Assembly: GCF_009914755.1 (NCBI RefSeq)
Contig: NC_060927.1
Reading direction: 5' to 3' (one strand)
Length of the DNA stretch: 64,000 nucleotides
Source: the human T2T-CHM13v2.0 reference genome, Homo sapiens
The notes beneath the pieces were generated by a model. That model was given only the letters and a program-made list of their open reading frames with translations. It had not been told where the DNA came from and did no database searches. The position numbers were made by a program, and so were the translations under genes. Numbering within the stretch: position 1 is the stretch's first letter; every line of letters begins with the position of its first letter. Below are positions 28,021 through 49,931 of the stretch, piece by piece.

Positions 28021-29355
28021 AGGGTTATTATTATTATAGGTGTTTAAATATTTGTTTTCATTTTAAGAAAAAAAATGTAGAATGATCCTACTCTTACTCA
28101 GACACACACACAGACACACACATCCCATACATATAACCTTAATTGAGTAGAGGGAAGGAAAATAAAGTGCATCTTTTTTCTACTGTTAAACTTCTGCTTT
28201 GTTCATTACCCTTCCATTACTTTTCCTTTGTTTTCCTCCCATAGGGCAATGAAGATAAGCTCCTGTTGATGGTTCATGAATTTCAATTTATGTTCCCAGG
28301 GGCAGGGCATTTTTCATGCAATGTCCCCAGTATTACAATTTCCTGCTGCTTGTGTTTTCAGAGAACCCATGTTTAAACCTTCAGGCCAATATGTAAATCT
28401 GTTTTTGTTCCTTTAAACAGAAGACTTGTGGGTGTTTCAAAACAGATATGCATTAAATAAGTATTTATTCAATATTACAGATGTTAAAACTAAGAGACTT
28501 CCTCAGGGACAAGTTAAATGAAAGAGGTGCAGGAACTGAAGCTGCATTTCCAAGTGCCTGGCCCTCAGCAAGTGTTCACCAGGCAAAGCGTAATTGAAAG
28601 GATTATCTCATTGTAACAAGGAACGTGCACATGTTCGTGTAGACAGACACTGAAGTACAATCCCCACAATCCTTATAGCTATTTTCTCTGGATGTTGAGA
28701 TTTCATTTGCATTTACTTTCTTTTTATACTTTCACATAGTTACAATTATTTTACAATCAGTTTGTAATTTTTATATAATTAGAAATGATATAAAAACTAT
28801 TTTGTAGAGAAAAGATAAGGCTATTCCAATACAATCCAGTAGCTTTACAATAAATAGTTTTATTGAGTTTTATGAAACCTATTATGCCCACTGTTTAAAG
28901 AATAATTTAAAGGGATAAATAATGGTATGGGTTGTATGTACTCTCCATCTTGTAAAATATTGAATTTCTTTCTTTTTCCACCTGAGTTAACCATGAATTG
29001 AATTTTTATTTTCATAACTAGCTTGCTTTTTGTAAGTTGCTGAATTACATAATGGTATACTGTCAAATCACATATTATCTAGTTTTCACATTTTTCTGTT
29101 TTATATAAAATGGTTAATTTTGTATATACATCTTTCCTGAATTTTTTTGTTTTAATTCAGCCTTAACTGTGAAACTCATGCCTCTTGATACACATAATCA
29201 TTCTTGGATATTTTCATTGCTCAAAAATGTTCCCTGGAAGGAATATAGTTCATTTTACTTATCCATTCTACCTCCCATAGGCAAAGTTTTTTTTTTTTTT
29301 TGTAGTACTAAAAATGCTGCTAAAATAGTGATTCTACAAATATTCCCATGAATAT

Positions 29356-32020
<2,665 letters not shown>

Positions 32021-32522
32021 TAGCCTATTTTTCTTTTTTAAAGTTCTTAAACTATAAATATAAGGGATTCATATTTTTTTCTTTTTTATTTTCTAACATA
32101 AGACTAAATTTTAAATGTCTTTCAAATACTGCAGTAGCTATATCCTACAAATTTTGACATGTAGAATTTTTGTTTTCATCTAAGTATTTTAACAATTACA
32201 AGTTAATTTCAAATTAAAAAAATTCATGTATGTATGTATGTATGTATTTTTTCTAATTTTAAATTTGTTAATCTTTCATTTAATTCCAATAAGAGCAGAG
32301 TACATCTGTAGGGTATTGACTCAAATTTGCTGTGATTCTCTTTGTTACCAATTAAGATAAGTGTTTTTTTTTTTTTTTTTTTGGCTTGAGTTTAAAAATA
32401 AAGGACTTCCAACAGTTGGACATCAAATTTTATATATTTGGTTTGCTGTGATTAACTTTCATCTTTTATATTTAAGATTATAATTTATTTCAAACTTAAT
32501 TTCAATGTAGAATTGTTTTCCA

Positions 32523-33073
32523 TATTGAAACTAAACTCAGGTCCAGCTGCTCACTCTTTGAAAGCCAAAATATTAATATGATAAAAGAGGTGCAGTGAAA
32601 GGAGAGCACTTTTACTCAAATGCCGGCAGTTGGGAATGGCCAGGCTCATGCCTTCAAAAACAATTTCAAAATTTTAAGGAAATTGATAGATTTTAGAAGG
32701 AAAGCTTGGCATGGGAAGCATGTGGGAGTGAGGCAGGGTGCAGGAGCTGCGTGTCTTGTTCTGATAGCTAACTTGAATTTCTGTCCACCTGAAGCGTAGG
32801 CTGGTGCCATCTCAACAATGGCCAAGTTGTAGATTAACTGCCTTGTTAATTGCTAGATGCAGAGAATTCTACAGCTGGGTCTTCCTGCCTGGTTTACTTC
32901 AAAATTAGACCCTGGAATTTGTAAGCAGGTGCATATTTAGATAAGTGAGCACAGTGCAAGGGAGTGCCTGCTGGGAAGGAAGGGAAACAGAGTCAAAATG
33001 TGTTACAAGGCTAAGACCAGAGAGAAGAAATAAAATTTTGAAACACATTTTAAGGCCAAGCCACTTGGTTACA
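32523..33073 (-). mobile_element. ERV1-type solo LTR, family unassigned
   Basis: GC-richer island of about 550 bp ending GGTTACA; AAACTCAGGTCCAGCTGCTC start; reverse poly(A)-signal-like TTTACT. Confidence 0.55.
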
Positions 33074-33089
33074 ATATGGATATTAAGTT

Positions 33090-34442
33090 GCTGATAGAAT
33101 GATTTTTTTCTATACAATGATTTTTATAGGCTCTCTCTTGTGTTTTATTAATCTATATTGCAATTTTTTGGTAATACCATACTCTCTTGATTACAATAGT
33201 TTTATAGCTACTGTAGTAGCTGTAAGTTTTAAAGTCAGGTGGAATAAATCTTCCAATTTCTGTTTCATTTTAAAAAATATCTTTGGATCTTCTAGATCCT
33301 TTGCATTTAAATAAATATTTCATAAACAATTTGTTAATTTCTTTTAAAATTGCAGGAATGTTCAATGGGATAATTTGAATGTACACACAGATTTGGGTAG
33401 AATAAAAATCTAACGATTAAGAGACTTTCAGCTTATGAACATGGCATATACTCCATCTATGTAGTTCTTTTTTTTTATTGTACTTTAAGTTTTAGGGCGC
33501 ATGTGCACAACGTGCAGGTTAGTTACATATGGATACATGTGCCATGTTGGTGTGCTGCACCCATTAACTCCTCATTTAACCTTAGGTATATGTCCTAATG
33601 CTATCCCCCCCACAACCCCCAACCACACAACAGGCTCTGGTGTGTGATGTTCCCCTTCCTGTGTCCATGTGTTCTTATTGTTCAATTCCCACCTAGGAGT
33701 GAGAACATGCGGTGTTTGGTTTTTTGTCCTTGCGATAGTTTGCTGAGAATGATGTTATTTCCTGTAAACACTTCAGAGTTTGTAGTCTAGAAACTTTCAT
33801 GGCTGTTGTTAAATTTATTTCTCTATATGTATTTTAGGTTATTGTAAAAAGGATTTCAAAAATTTGCTAACGTTGTTGCTAATATATTAAAAATACGATT
33901 GATTTTCAAAATTATCCTTTTTCTATTACCTTCTTGATTCATTTATTAGTTCTTGCTTGTCTGTAGATTCCTAAGGATTTTCTATATTAAATAAATAAGC
34001 TATATGTAAATAGAAAAGCAGTTGCTTTTTCCTTTCAGAGCTTCATGTTTCCTGTATATTTTGGGGCTTGATGGGGGGCTTTCGGTATAATATCAAATAC
34101 ATATGATTTGAGTAAAAATTCTTGTCTTGTTTTCAAACATAACAACTAAAAAATCAATATTTCACCATTAAATACAATGTTACCTCTAGGTTTTTGTTAA
34201 ATGCTTTTTATTTGATTGAAAAAGTTGCTTTTATTATTAGTTTGCTGAGAATTTTTATTATAAATGGGTGTTAATTTTTTTAAATGCTGTATCTTTCCAT
34301 TAATATCTTTATCTGCAATGATTACTTTCTAAAGGTTAAATCTACTTTATTTTGTTAACAACATGAATCACATTAGTTGCTTTGCATATTTTAAACCAAT
34401 TTTGAGTTCCAGTCCTTAACTCTATTCTGCTCATAATGCATG
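33090..34442 (-). mobile_element. Old L1M ORF2 fragment
   Basis: TTCACCATTAAATACAATGTTA, TTAGTTTGCTGAGAATTTTTATTATAAATGGGTGTTAA. Confidence 0.7.
33468..33754 (-). mobile_element. Short 5'-truncated young L1PA (about PA3-4) 3' end
   Basis: TACTTTAAGTTTTAGGG...GGTTAGTTACATATG...GAGAATGATG. Confidence 0.9.
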
Positions 34443-37255
34443 ATTTTTTAAAAAATTTTACTTTAAGTTCCAGAATACATGGGCAGAACATGCAGGTTTG
34501 TTACATATGTATACATGTGCCATGGTGGTTTGCTGCACCTATCAACCCATCATTTAGATTGTAAACCCCGCTTGCATTAGGTATTTGTCCTAATGCTGTC
34601 ACTCCCTTTAGCCCCCATCCCCTGACAGGCCCTGTTGTGTTTTGTTCCCCTCCCGGTGTTCATGTGTTCTCATTGTTCAACTCCTACTTATGAGTGAGAA
34701 CATGTGGTGTTTGTTTTTTCTATTACTGTGTTAGTTTGCTGAGGATGATGGCTTCCAGCTTCATCCTTGTCCCCGCAAAGGACATGATCTCATTCCTTTT
34801 TATGGCTGCATAGTATTCCATGGTGTATATGTAGCACATTTTCTTTATCCAGTCTATCATTGATGGACATTTGGGTTGGTTCCATGTCTTTGCTATTGTA
34901 AATACTGTTGCAGTAAACACATTTATGTATGTGTCTTTATAGCAGAATGATTTATATTCATTTGGGTATAGAACCATAATGGGATTGCTGGATCAACTGG
35001 TATTTGTGGTTCTAGATCCTTGAGGAATCCCCACACTGTCTTCCACAATGGTTGAACTAATTTACATTCCTACCAACAGTGTAAAAGCATTCCTATTTCT
35101 CGAAAGCCTTCCCAACATCTACTGTTTCCTGACTTTTTTAATAATAGCCATTCTGGCTGGCATGAGATGATATTTCCTTGTTGTTTTGATTTGCATTTCT
35201 CTAATGATCAGTGATGTTGAGCTTTTTTTCACATGTCTGTTGGTCACATAAATGTCTTCTTTTGAGAAGTGTCTGTTCATATTCTTTGCCCACTTTTGAT
35301 GGGGTTGCTTTTTCTTGTAAATTTGTTTAAGTTCCCTGTAGATTCTGGGTATTACACCTTTGTCAGATGGGTAGATTGCAAACATTTTCTCCCATTCTGT
35401 AGGTTGCCTCTTCACTCTGATGATAGTTTTTACTGCTGTGCAGAAGCTCTTTAGTTTAATTAGATCCCATTTGTCAATTTTGGCTTTTGTTGCAATTGCT
35501 TTTGGGATTTTCGTCATGAAGTCTTTGCCTATGCCTATGTCCTGAATGGTATTGGCTAGGTTTTCTTTTACAGTTTTCATCGTTTTGGGTTTTACATTGA
35601 AGTGTTTAATATATCTTGAGCTAATTTTTGTATCAGGTGTAAGGAAGGGGTCCAATTTCAGTTTTCTGCATATTGCTAGCCAGTTTGCCCAGCACAATTT
35701 ATTAAATAGGGAACCCTTTCCTCATTGCTTGTTTTGTTCAGTTTGTCTAAGATCAGATGGTTGTAGATGTGTGGTGTTATTTCTGAGGTCTCTGTTCTTC
35801 TGTTCCATTGGCATATATATCTGTTTAGGTACCAGTACCAAACAGTTTCAGTTACTATAGCCATGTAGTACAGTTTGAAGTCAGGTAGCATGATGCCTCC
35901 AGCTTTGTTCTTTTTGCTTAGAATTGTCTTGGTTCTACAGCATCTTCTTTGATTCCATGTGAAATTTAAAATAATTGCTTCTTCTAATTCTGTGAAAATG
36001 TCAATAACATTTTAATGGGAATAGCATTGAGTCTATAAATTATTTTTGATACTATGGCCATTTTCATGATACTGATTCTTCCTATCAATGAGGATAAGGT
36101 GTTTGTCCATTTGTTTGTGTTCTCTCTTATTTCCTTGAGCAGTGGTTTGTGGTTCTCCTTCACATCCCTTTTTAGCTGTATTCTTAGGTATTTTATTCCC
36201 TTTGTAGCAATTGTAAATGGGAATTCATTCATGATTTGGCTCTCTGCTTGTCTATTGTTGGTGTATAGGAATGGTTGTGATTTTTGCATATCGATTTTGT
36301 ATCCTGAAATTCTGTTGAAGTTGCTTATCAGTTTAAGGAGTTTTTGGGCTGAGATGATGGGGTTTTCTAAATATAAAATTATGTCATCTGCAAACAAAGA
36401 CAATTTGACTTCCTCTCTTCCTATTTGAATACCCTATATTCCTTCTCTTGCTTGATTGCCCTGGCCAGAAATTCCAATACTGTGTTGAATAGGAGTGGTG
36501 AGAGAGGGCATCCCTGTTTTGTGCCAGTTTTCAAAGGAAATGCTTCCAGCGTTTGCCCATTCAGTATGATATTGGCTGTGGGTTTTTCATAAATAACTCT
36601 TATTATTTTGAGATATGTTCCATAAGTACCTAGTTCATTGAGAGTTTTTAACACAAAGGAATACTGCATTTTATCAAAGGCCTGTTCTGCATCTATTGAG
36701 ATGATCAGGTGGTTTTTGTCTTTGGTTCTGTTTAAGTGATGGATTGCATTTATTGCTTTGCGTATGTTGAACCAGCCTTGCATCCCAGGGATGAAGCCGG
36801 CTTCATCATGGTGGGTAAGATTTTTGATGTGCTTTTGGATTCAGTTTGCCAGTATTTTATCGAGGATTTTTGCATCAGTGTTCATCAGGGATATTGGCCT
36901 GTAGTTTCCTTCTCTTGTTGTGTCTCTGTCAGGTTTTGCTATCAGGATAATGCTGGCCTCATTAAATGAGTTAGGGAGGAGTCCGTTCTTTTCAACTGTT
37001 TGGAATGGTTTCAGAAGGAATGGCCCCAGCTCCTCTCTGTACCTCTGGTTAAATTTGGCTGTGAATCTATCTGGTTCTGGGCTTCTTTTGGTTCCTAGGC
37101 TATTATTGCTGCCTCAATCAGAACTTGTTGTTGATCTATTCAGGGATTCAACTTCTTCCTGGTTTAGTCTTGGGAGGGTGTATGTGTCCGGGAACTTATC
37201 CATTTCTTCTAGATTTTCTATTTTATTTGTGTAGATGCGTTTTTAGTATTCTCTG
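34443..37255 (-). mobile_element. 5'-truncated L1PA (about PA8-10), ORF2 RT through 3'UTR
   Basis: ORF track shows [11 protein letters not shown] and FADD RT motifs. The 3'UTR has the TAAACCCCGCTTGCATTAGG signature. No TSD found. Confidence 0.92.
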
Positions 37256-37371
37256 GTACCATGATTCTTACAGCAGTCACATGAATGCACCTCACAAACT
37301 TCCTGCTACAAGGATTATAAATGACTACAAGCTTCAGGTACTGAACTTTGAAATCCACCATAGTATTTTTG
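37256..37371. other. 116-bp unassigned filler between the L1 5' end and the HERV-L breakpoint
   Basis: L1 homology ends at AGTATTCTCTG (compare 60841). HERV-L homology starts at CCACTGGATTATT. The intervening DNA matches neither by eye. Confidence 0.6.
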
Positions 37372-42932
<5,561 letters not shown>

Positions 42933-43337
42933 TGTATTAGTCAGGGTTCCATAAAGGGACAGAGCTAATAGGATAGATATATAAAGGAGTTTATTAACTA
43001 TTAACTTACAAGATAACAAGGACCCACAATAGGCTGTCTACAAGCTTGAGGAGCAAGGAAGCCCAGTCTGAGTCTCAAAACTGAAGAACTTGGAATCTGA
43101 TATTTGAGGGCAGCAAGCATCCAGCACAAGAGAAAGATGTAGGCTGGGGGGCTAGGCTAGTTTTGCCTTTTCACATGTTTCTGCCCACTTTATATTCGCT
43201 GGCAGCTGATTCGATTGTGCCCACGAGATTAAGGTGGGCCTGCCTTTCCCACCCTTTGGCAACACCCTCACAAAGACACCCAGGAACAATACTTTGCAGA
43301 CTTTAATCCAATCAAGTTAACAGTATTAACCATCACA
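42933..43337 (-). mobile_element. MLT2A1/A2 5' LTR of HERV-L
   Basis: TGTATTAGTCAGGGTTC...AAAACTGAAGAACTTGGAATCTGAT...CAGTATTAACCATCACA. Confidence 0.92.
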
Positions 43338-43753
43338 GGTGGTGAATGTAGGAGTTTTATTGAGTGGTGGAGGTGCCTCTCAGTAGGATGGATGGGGAAC
43401 TGGAAAGGGAATAGAGTGGGAAGATGATCTTCCCCTTGGAGTCTGGCCATCCAGCGGCTGATCTCCTCTCCGACCATCCCCAGCAGAACTCCTTTCAATG
43501 TTCAGATCCTCCTTCTCTGCTGTGCTATTCTGCTGCTCTTCTGCTCTTCTGTTCGTCTTCCCTTGCAGCCTGGGGTTTGGGTTTTATATGAGTACAGGAT
43601 ATAGGGGTCTGGTGGGCCAAAAGGCAACTTTTGGGAGTGAAAACTGAGTATCTGTTCTCATTTAGGGCCATGGGTTTCCAGGATTGAGGGTGGGGCCTTT
43701 GCCGGGGAACCACCCTCTTCTACCCAGTATTTCCCAGTTTCTTGTCTGTATCA
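43338..43753 (-). mobile_element. Partial LTR1/LTR27/LTR28-family LTR, into which HERV-L inserted
   Basis: TTTTATTGAGTGGTGGAGG...GGGTGGGGCCTTTGCCGGGGAACCACCCTCTTCTACCCAG...CTGTATCA; the end beyond the poly(A) signal is absent. Confidence 0.75.
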
Positions 43754-43759
43754 CCTGTT

Positions 43760-45830
43760 TATGTCCTCTTTTACTACTGGTGGGTCTAGAAACTACATAT
43801 ACATCCTGAAATTACACTTAGTAGTTACAGTTAATATTCTATTCTTGAACAAAACTGGAAGTCTTGCACTATTTATATCCATCTATTCCATCTACTATGC
43901 CCCTTTATGCTATGTTTGTCATCTGTATGACATCAGTGTATAATATATTTTGCATTGAATATATATGTTTAAATAAGTTAAGAGAACATAAACAATCTTT
44001 CTATATTTACTTTGATGTTGATTCTGTCCCATTATTTTTCAGTCCACGAAGGTTGTAATTTATGCATATATGCTGGTGACATATTTTCTTGGTTTTGTTT
44101 TATCTGAACGTGGATGGGTTTAATGTCACCATTCAGTTTTCAGAAAACATTTATATTGGGATATAATTTACATAACACTCAATTTAACCTTTTAAAGTGT
44201 ACAATTTAGTAGCTTTTTACATATTCACAAGGTTGTGCATCCACAATCAATATTTTCATCACCCCAAAAAGAAACCCTCCATCCTATAACCATCACCCCC
44301 AAAGGTCCCTTCTTCCCTAGCCCTGCACATGTACTTTAAATTTCTTTATTGTGGTAAGAACATTTACAATGAGATCTAACCTCCTAACAAATGATTATGT
44401 GCCATTGTTAATTATAAGCACAATGTTGCATAACATATCTCTAAAACTTACTAATTCTGTATAAATGAAAAATTATAAGCATTGAACAGCAAGTCCCTGT
44501 CTGTTCCAGTCTCCCCACTGATCCCTGACAACAACCATTCTACTCGCTGTTTCTATGAGTTTAATTGCTTTAGATACTTTATGTAAGTAAAATTATGACA
44601 CCATTGATTTTTGATGAATATTTTACTGGATAAGAATTATACATCGACAGTTTTTTAAAAATTTATTTTCTGAAAAGTTTAAGAATTTTTTACATTGTCT
44701 TTTGTTCCATAGTTTTATTTTTAGTATTTTCCCCTGCTTTAAAGATTTTTTCTTTATAGTTGGTTGTCAACAGTTTGACTATGAAGTGCCAAGGAGTGGT
44801 TTATTCATATTTATCCTCTTTGGAGTTCACTGAGCTTCCTGCATTACACATTTATGGCTTTCCTTAAGTTTGGGAAATTTTCATTCACTTTTTCTTAAAT
44901 ATTTGTCTTGATCTATTATGTCCTTCACCTATTCTGAGACTCCATAACTATATGTTAGACGTTTTGATATTTCATCACAGAGCTCTAAGACTGTATATTT
45001 TTTTCAACCTTATTTCTCTGTATTAAATATTAAAGGGATCCTATTGACCTTAAAGTTTATTGGCTGTTTTCCTCTATCATATCCATTCTACTGTTAAGCT
45101 CATCCAATTTTACAAATTTTATGTATTATTTTTCAGTTAAAATTTTTATTTTACAAAATATTGTAGTTTTCTGGTGAGTTTCTCTAACTTTTCATTCAAT
45201 ATGAGTGTATTTTCTTTGTCATTATTGAAGGTTGTAAAGTCTCATGTATTGACATCTAAATATACATTATTTCAGGGTTCTTCTCTGTTAATTATCTTTA
45301 ATATTGAGAATTAGTCATAGTTTTCTGATTCTTTACATGTTGAGTAAATTGGAATTTTATCTTAAAATTTTTGAATGTTGTGTTTTTGAAACTACATTTT
45401 ATTATATCCTTTCAAAGATTAAAGCTGTGCTTGTTTTAGCAGGCAATTTATTTGGGTAGGCTCAAACTGTAAGCTCTGCCCCACCTGCAATGAGTTTATT
45501 TCCCTAGTTTCCTAGGCCATGAAGATAGTGAGTTTTTTGTTGAAGTTATTAACTATTCTATGTCATGCCGCTGCTGAGTACTGTTCTCCAGCAAAAGCAC
45601 AAAGTATAGAACTGCTGCTCCCTTTCTTCAAATTTTAACTTCTCTGTGGTATGTTTTGACAAGATTTGACTTCCCTCAAAAATCTGCTTACCTTTTCTTC
45701 TAAGTAGTTTTAAAAATATTATTTCTTTACTTTGTATTTTTAAAATTTCAGTTTATCCATTATCTATGAATTTTTGGCTGTTAGGAGCTTCCTTTCCTGT
45801 ACTGCAAACAGAACTCTGATGTCTCTGTTT
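43760..45830 (-). mobile_element. Old L1M ORF1/5' region with nested L1MB/MA 3' ends (about 44150-44595)
   Basis: CAGTTTGACTATGAAGTGCC, GGAGTTCACTGAGCTTC, AAGTTTGGGAAATTTTCA. Confidence 0.65.
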
Positions 45831-45949
45831 TTAATCATTTTGACTACTTAGATTTAGGTTGAATACAATTCAAAGTAAAATAATACTTCTGAAAGTAAAT
45901 TTTACATTTATAGAAGTATAAACATATACTCATGTTATAAACAATGTCT

Positions 45950-46266
<317 letters not shown>

Positions 46267-46834
46267 TAAACTTTGTTAACAGCAAGTTTTATGTATGGTT
46301 ATAGTAATGAGTAGCATAGAAGTGTTAATACACGTTAAAAGATAATAAGTGTTTTTTGTTTCATATTGCATGACTTTAGATTAGAAACAAAAAATAAATT
46401 TCAACAAATGTTGAAGCTAAAAAAAGTTGTAGGTAATGAATTTGAACATAAAAACTAGATCTGTGGGAAAATAGAGTTTTTAAAGTGGTCAGTTATTTTT
46501 AATTAAGCAATTCAGATCAATGGCACAGCATACTAAATTTAAAACCTAGAGGCATGAAGGCATAAGTTCTAGCAACAATTTCATTTATGTATAATTTCTT
46601 TGTATATTTAGTGCAGGGGTTACATGTTAACTCTGCTTGTAATGCTGTGAAAATGAGTCTCAATATGTACATTTTAACTATAGCTCAGAATCTCAGTGTA
46701 CTGCATTTTCTTCCAGCTGTGATTAAGATGCTCTTTTCCATTTTTTGTAGAACATAAACCATCTCTCCTGTGCTTCTGATGCCACGTGTTTCTTATTCTC
46801 TACTGAGTTCCTTTTCCCCTCATGTGTTACCATT

Positions 46835-48222
46835 TTTTTATTATCATAAAGAAATTATAATGTGAAATCCACCTTCTTAACAAATTGTATGAATGTAGTA
46901 AAATACTATTAACTATATGCAAATTGTTGTACAGCAGATTTCTATAAATTTGTTATCTTGCATGGCTGAAGCAATATAACCATTAAGTAGGAACTGCCCT
47001 CTTACCCCTCCCCTCAGATCCTGGAAATCACCCTTCGACATTGTATTTATTTATTTAATTGTCAAATAAAAATTGCTTGTATTTATCATGTATAACATGA
47101 TGTTTTAAAATATGTATACATTGTGGAATGGCTAAGTTGAGCTAATAGACATGTGAATTAACTGATATATCATTTTTTGTGGTGAGATCACAAAATCTAC
47201 TCTGCATTTCAAAAAATACAACATATGATTATTAACTATAGAAACAATGTTGTACAAGAAAATTTTAAAACTTATCCCTCTTCTCCCTCACTAAAATTTT
47301 ATATTCTTTGACCAACATCTCGCCAACTTGATCCCACCCCCTGCCCCTGGTGACCACCATTTTACTTTCTACTTGTATGAGTTCAACTTTTTTAGATTCC
47401 ACATATGAATGAGATCATGCAGTATTTAACTCACTGTGCCTGTCTTGTTTCACTTAGCACAATCTCCTTCAGCTTTATTCATGTTATCATACATAACAAG
47501 ATTTCCTTTGTTTTTAAGGCTGAATAATACTTTACTGTATGTGTATACCACATTTTCTTTATCCATCATCTGCTGATGGACACCTAGGTTGATTACGTAC
47601 CTTGGCTATTGTGAATAATGTTACAATAAACATGAGAGTGCAGATATCTCTTTGACATAGTGATTTCATTTTCTTTGAATATAACTGGTAGTGGAATTGC
47701 TGGATCACATGGTAGCTCTGTTTTTGGATTTTTGAGGAATCTCCATACTATTTTCTCTAATGGCTGTATTCTTATACATTCCCACCAACAATGTGCAAGA
47801 ATTCATTTTTTTCCACATTCTGGCCAGCACTTACTCTTCATCTCTTTGGTAGTGGCCATTCTAATAAGGATGAGGTGGTAATCTCATTGTGGTTTCAATT
47901 TGCAATTCTCACATGGTTGGTGATGTTGAGTAATTTTTTCATGTACATGTTGGCCATTTATATGTTTTCTCTTGAGAAATGTCTATTCAGGTCATTGGCC
48001 CATTTTTAAATTAGGCTATTTGATTCCTTGCTATTGAGTTGTTTGAGTTTCTTATATATTTTATATTTAACCCCTTAGGTGCATGGTTTGTTAACACTGT
48101 CCACCATTCTTTAGGTTGTCTCTTAATTCTATTGATTGCTTTCTGTCTGTGCAGAAGCTTTTCAATTTGAGGTAATACCATTTGTCTATTTTCACTTTTG
48201 TTACTAGTGCTTTGGGAGTCTT
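46835..48222 (-). mobile_element. L1MA 3' ends (two nested or adjacent)
   Basis: TTAGATTCCACATATGAATGAGATCATGCAGTA, GGAATTGCTGGATCACATGGTAG, GTGCAGAAGCTTTT. Confidence 0.82.
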
Positions 48223-49031
48223 CTGATTTCTTCTCTGGCCTAAACTTAATGTAGAACTCTCATGCTAAATGAAAACAAATCTTTCACTTTATCCATTTAT
48301 CTTTTTTATTTCTCTTTCTCCAGTTCAAGCATAACTTTTTTTCCTTCAATTATTTGTAATAACTTATTTTAATTCCCGCCAGTATAAGCCAATGAGTTGT
48401 CTATTGAATAGTATAAATTATACATATATACTTCATATTTATACACATACATTGTATTACTATACACACAGGCTATATCTATTTTTGCCATTTGATTCAA
48501 AGAGTATAGTTTCTCTCCCAGTTTCCAATTTCCTTTTAGAAGAGCTCTGTGCTTTCTCTTTATTTTTTGCGAATCCTATTCAATAAAATGGTAGGTACTT
48601 AGAAGATGCTTGAAAATACTTTTAAATATTTGTAAATTAATCTACTTGGTGACTTAGTATTTGATTGTTTGAAAGAAGTAAATGCTTAAATGATAACTTG
48701 CTAGTATCAAAGAGTTTAGAGTCTCCTACAAATTAATTTGCTATAGTTTGAATGTTTTTTTTTTGAAGACTAGGCATTGAGATTGAAGGTAATATGCTAA
48801 TATCATCTACTAGTAATAATATAGGGATGGCCCCAAATCACCATGACTAATTGGTGATGAAAAGATTTGTTTAAAGGATATATTTGAGTTTTATATGTGA
48901 GCACAAATATTATACAGACATAAAATATGGTTTATATGTGAATATAATGTATATATGTGTATGTATGTGTGTATACAGGTACACTCACATATATATTCAT
49001 ATATATATATATATAAACACACACACACATA

Positions 49032-49931
49032 TAGCTGTGTGGCACATACTGACATTTTGGTCAATGATGGACCACATGTATGATCATAATGGAGCTGAAA
49101 AATTTCTATTACCTAGTGATGTCTTAGCTGTCATAACGTCATAGTGCAATACTTTACTCACACGTCGTGGTAGTGGTGGTATAAACAGACCATCACATTT
49201 TCTGTTATGGACATAATACTTCAGAATGCTAAGAAACAACTATGTTATTGGCTTATGTATTTGCTACACTATATTTATCATCATTACTTTAGAATGTATA
49301 CCTTTTAAAGAAGTAAACTGTGCAACAACCACAAGCAGGTCCTTCAGAAGGTATTTTCCAGAAGAAGGCGTGTTCCTCACAGGATATGACAGCCCCATGC
49401 ATGTGTTGCCCCTGACGATCTTCCAGTGGGACAAGATTGTGCAGGTGGAGGACAGTGGTGTTCATAATTAAGTGTCTTAATTTTAACAAAAAGGCTTAAA
49501 AAGTAAATATAAAATAAAAAATAGAAAAATGCTCATATAAAAAGACATAAGGAAGGAAAATATCTTTGTACGGATGTGCAATGTGTTTGTGTTTTAAGCT
49601 ATGTGTTATCACAAAAGAGTAAAAATATTATAAAACTAAAAAGTTTATAAATAAAATATTATAGTAAGTTGAGGTTAACTTATTATTGAAGGAAAAATAT
49701 TTTTAAAAATAAATTTAGTGTAGCCTAAGTATCACTGTGTTTTAGTTGCCTACAGTATTCAGTAATGTAACATGCTGTACAGGTTTGTAGTCTATTCGAC
49801 ATAGCCTAGGTGTGCAGCAGGCTATATCACCTAGATTTGTATAAGTACACTCTATGATGTTCACACAATGATGAAGTTGCCTAACAATGTACTTTTCATA
49901 ATGTATCCTCATTTTTATGCAATATATGCCC
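49032..49931 (+). mobile_element. Tigger3b (Golem/MER7) DNA transposon, internally deleted
   Basis: GACATTTTGGTCAATGATGGACCACATG...GGAGCTGAAAAATTTCTATTACCTAGTG; GTACACTCTATGATGTTCACACAATGA; both termini degenerate. Confidence 0.85.

Noticed and set aside
28205-28250. Strong polypyrimidine tract + AG acceptor; similar isolated signals near 53857 (AG|GTAAG), 54172, 57669-57713 and 57905
   Set aside because: Isolated splice-like motifs are expected by chance in 64 kb; no coherent coding exon chain. A lncRNA cannot be excluded without RNA data.
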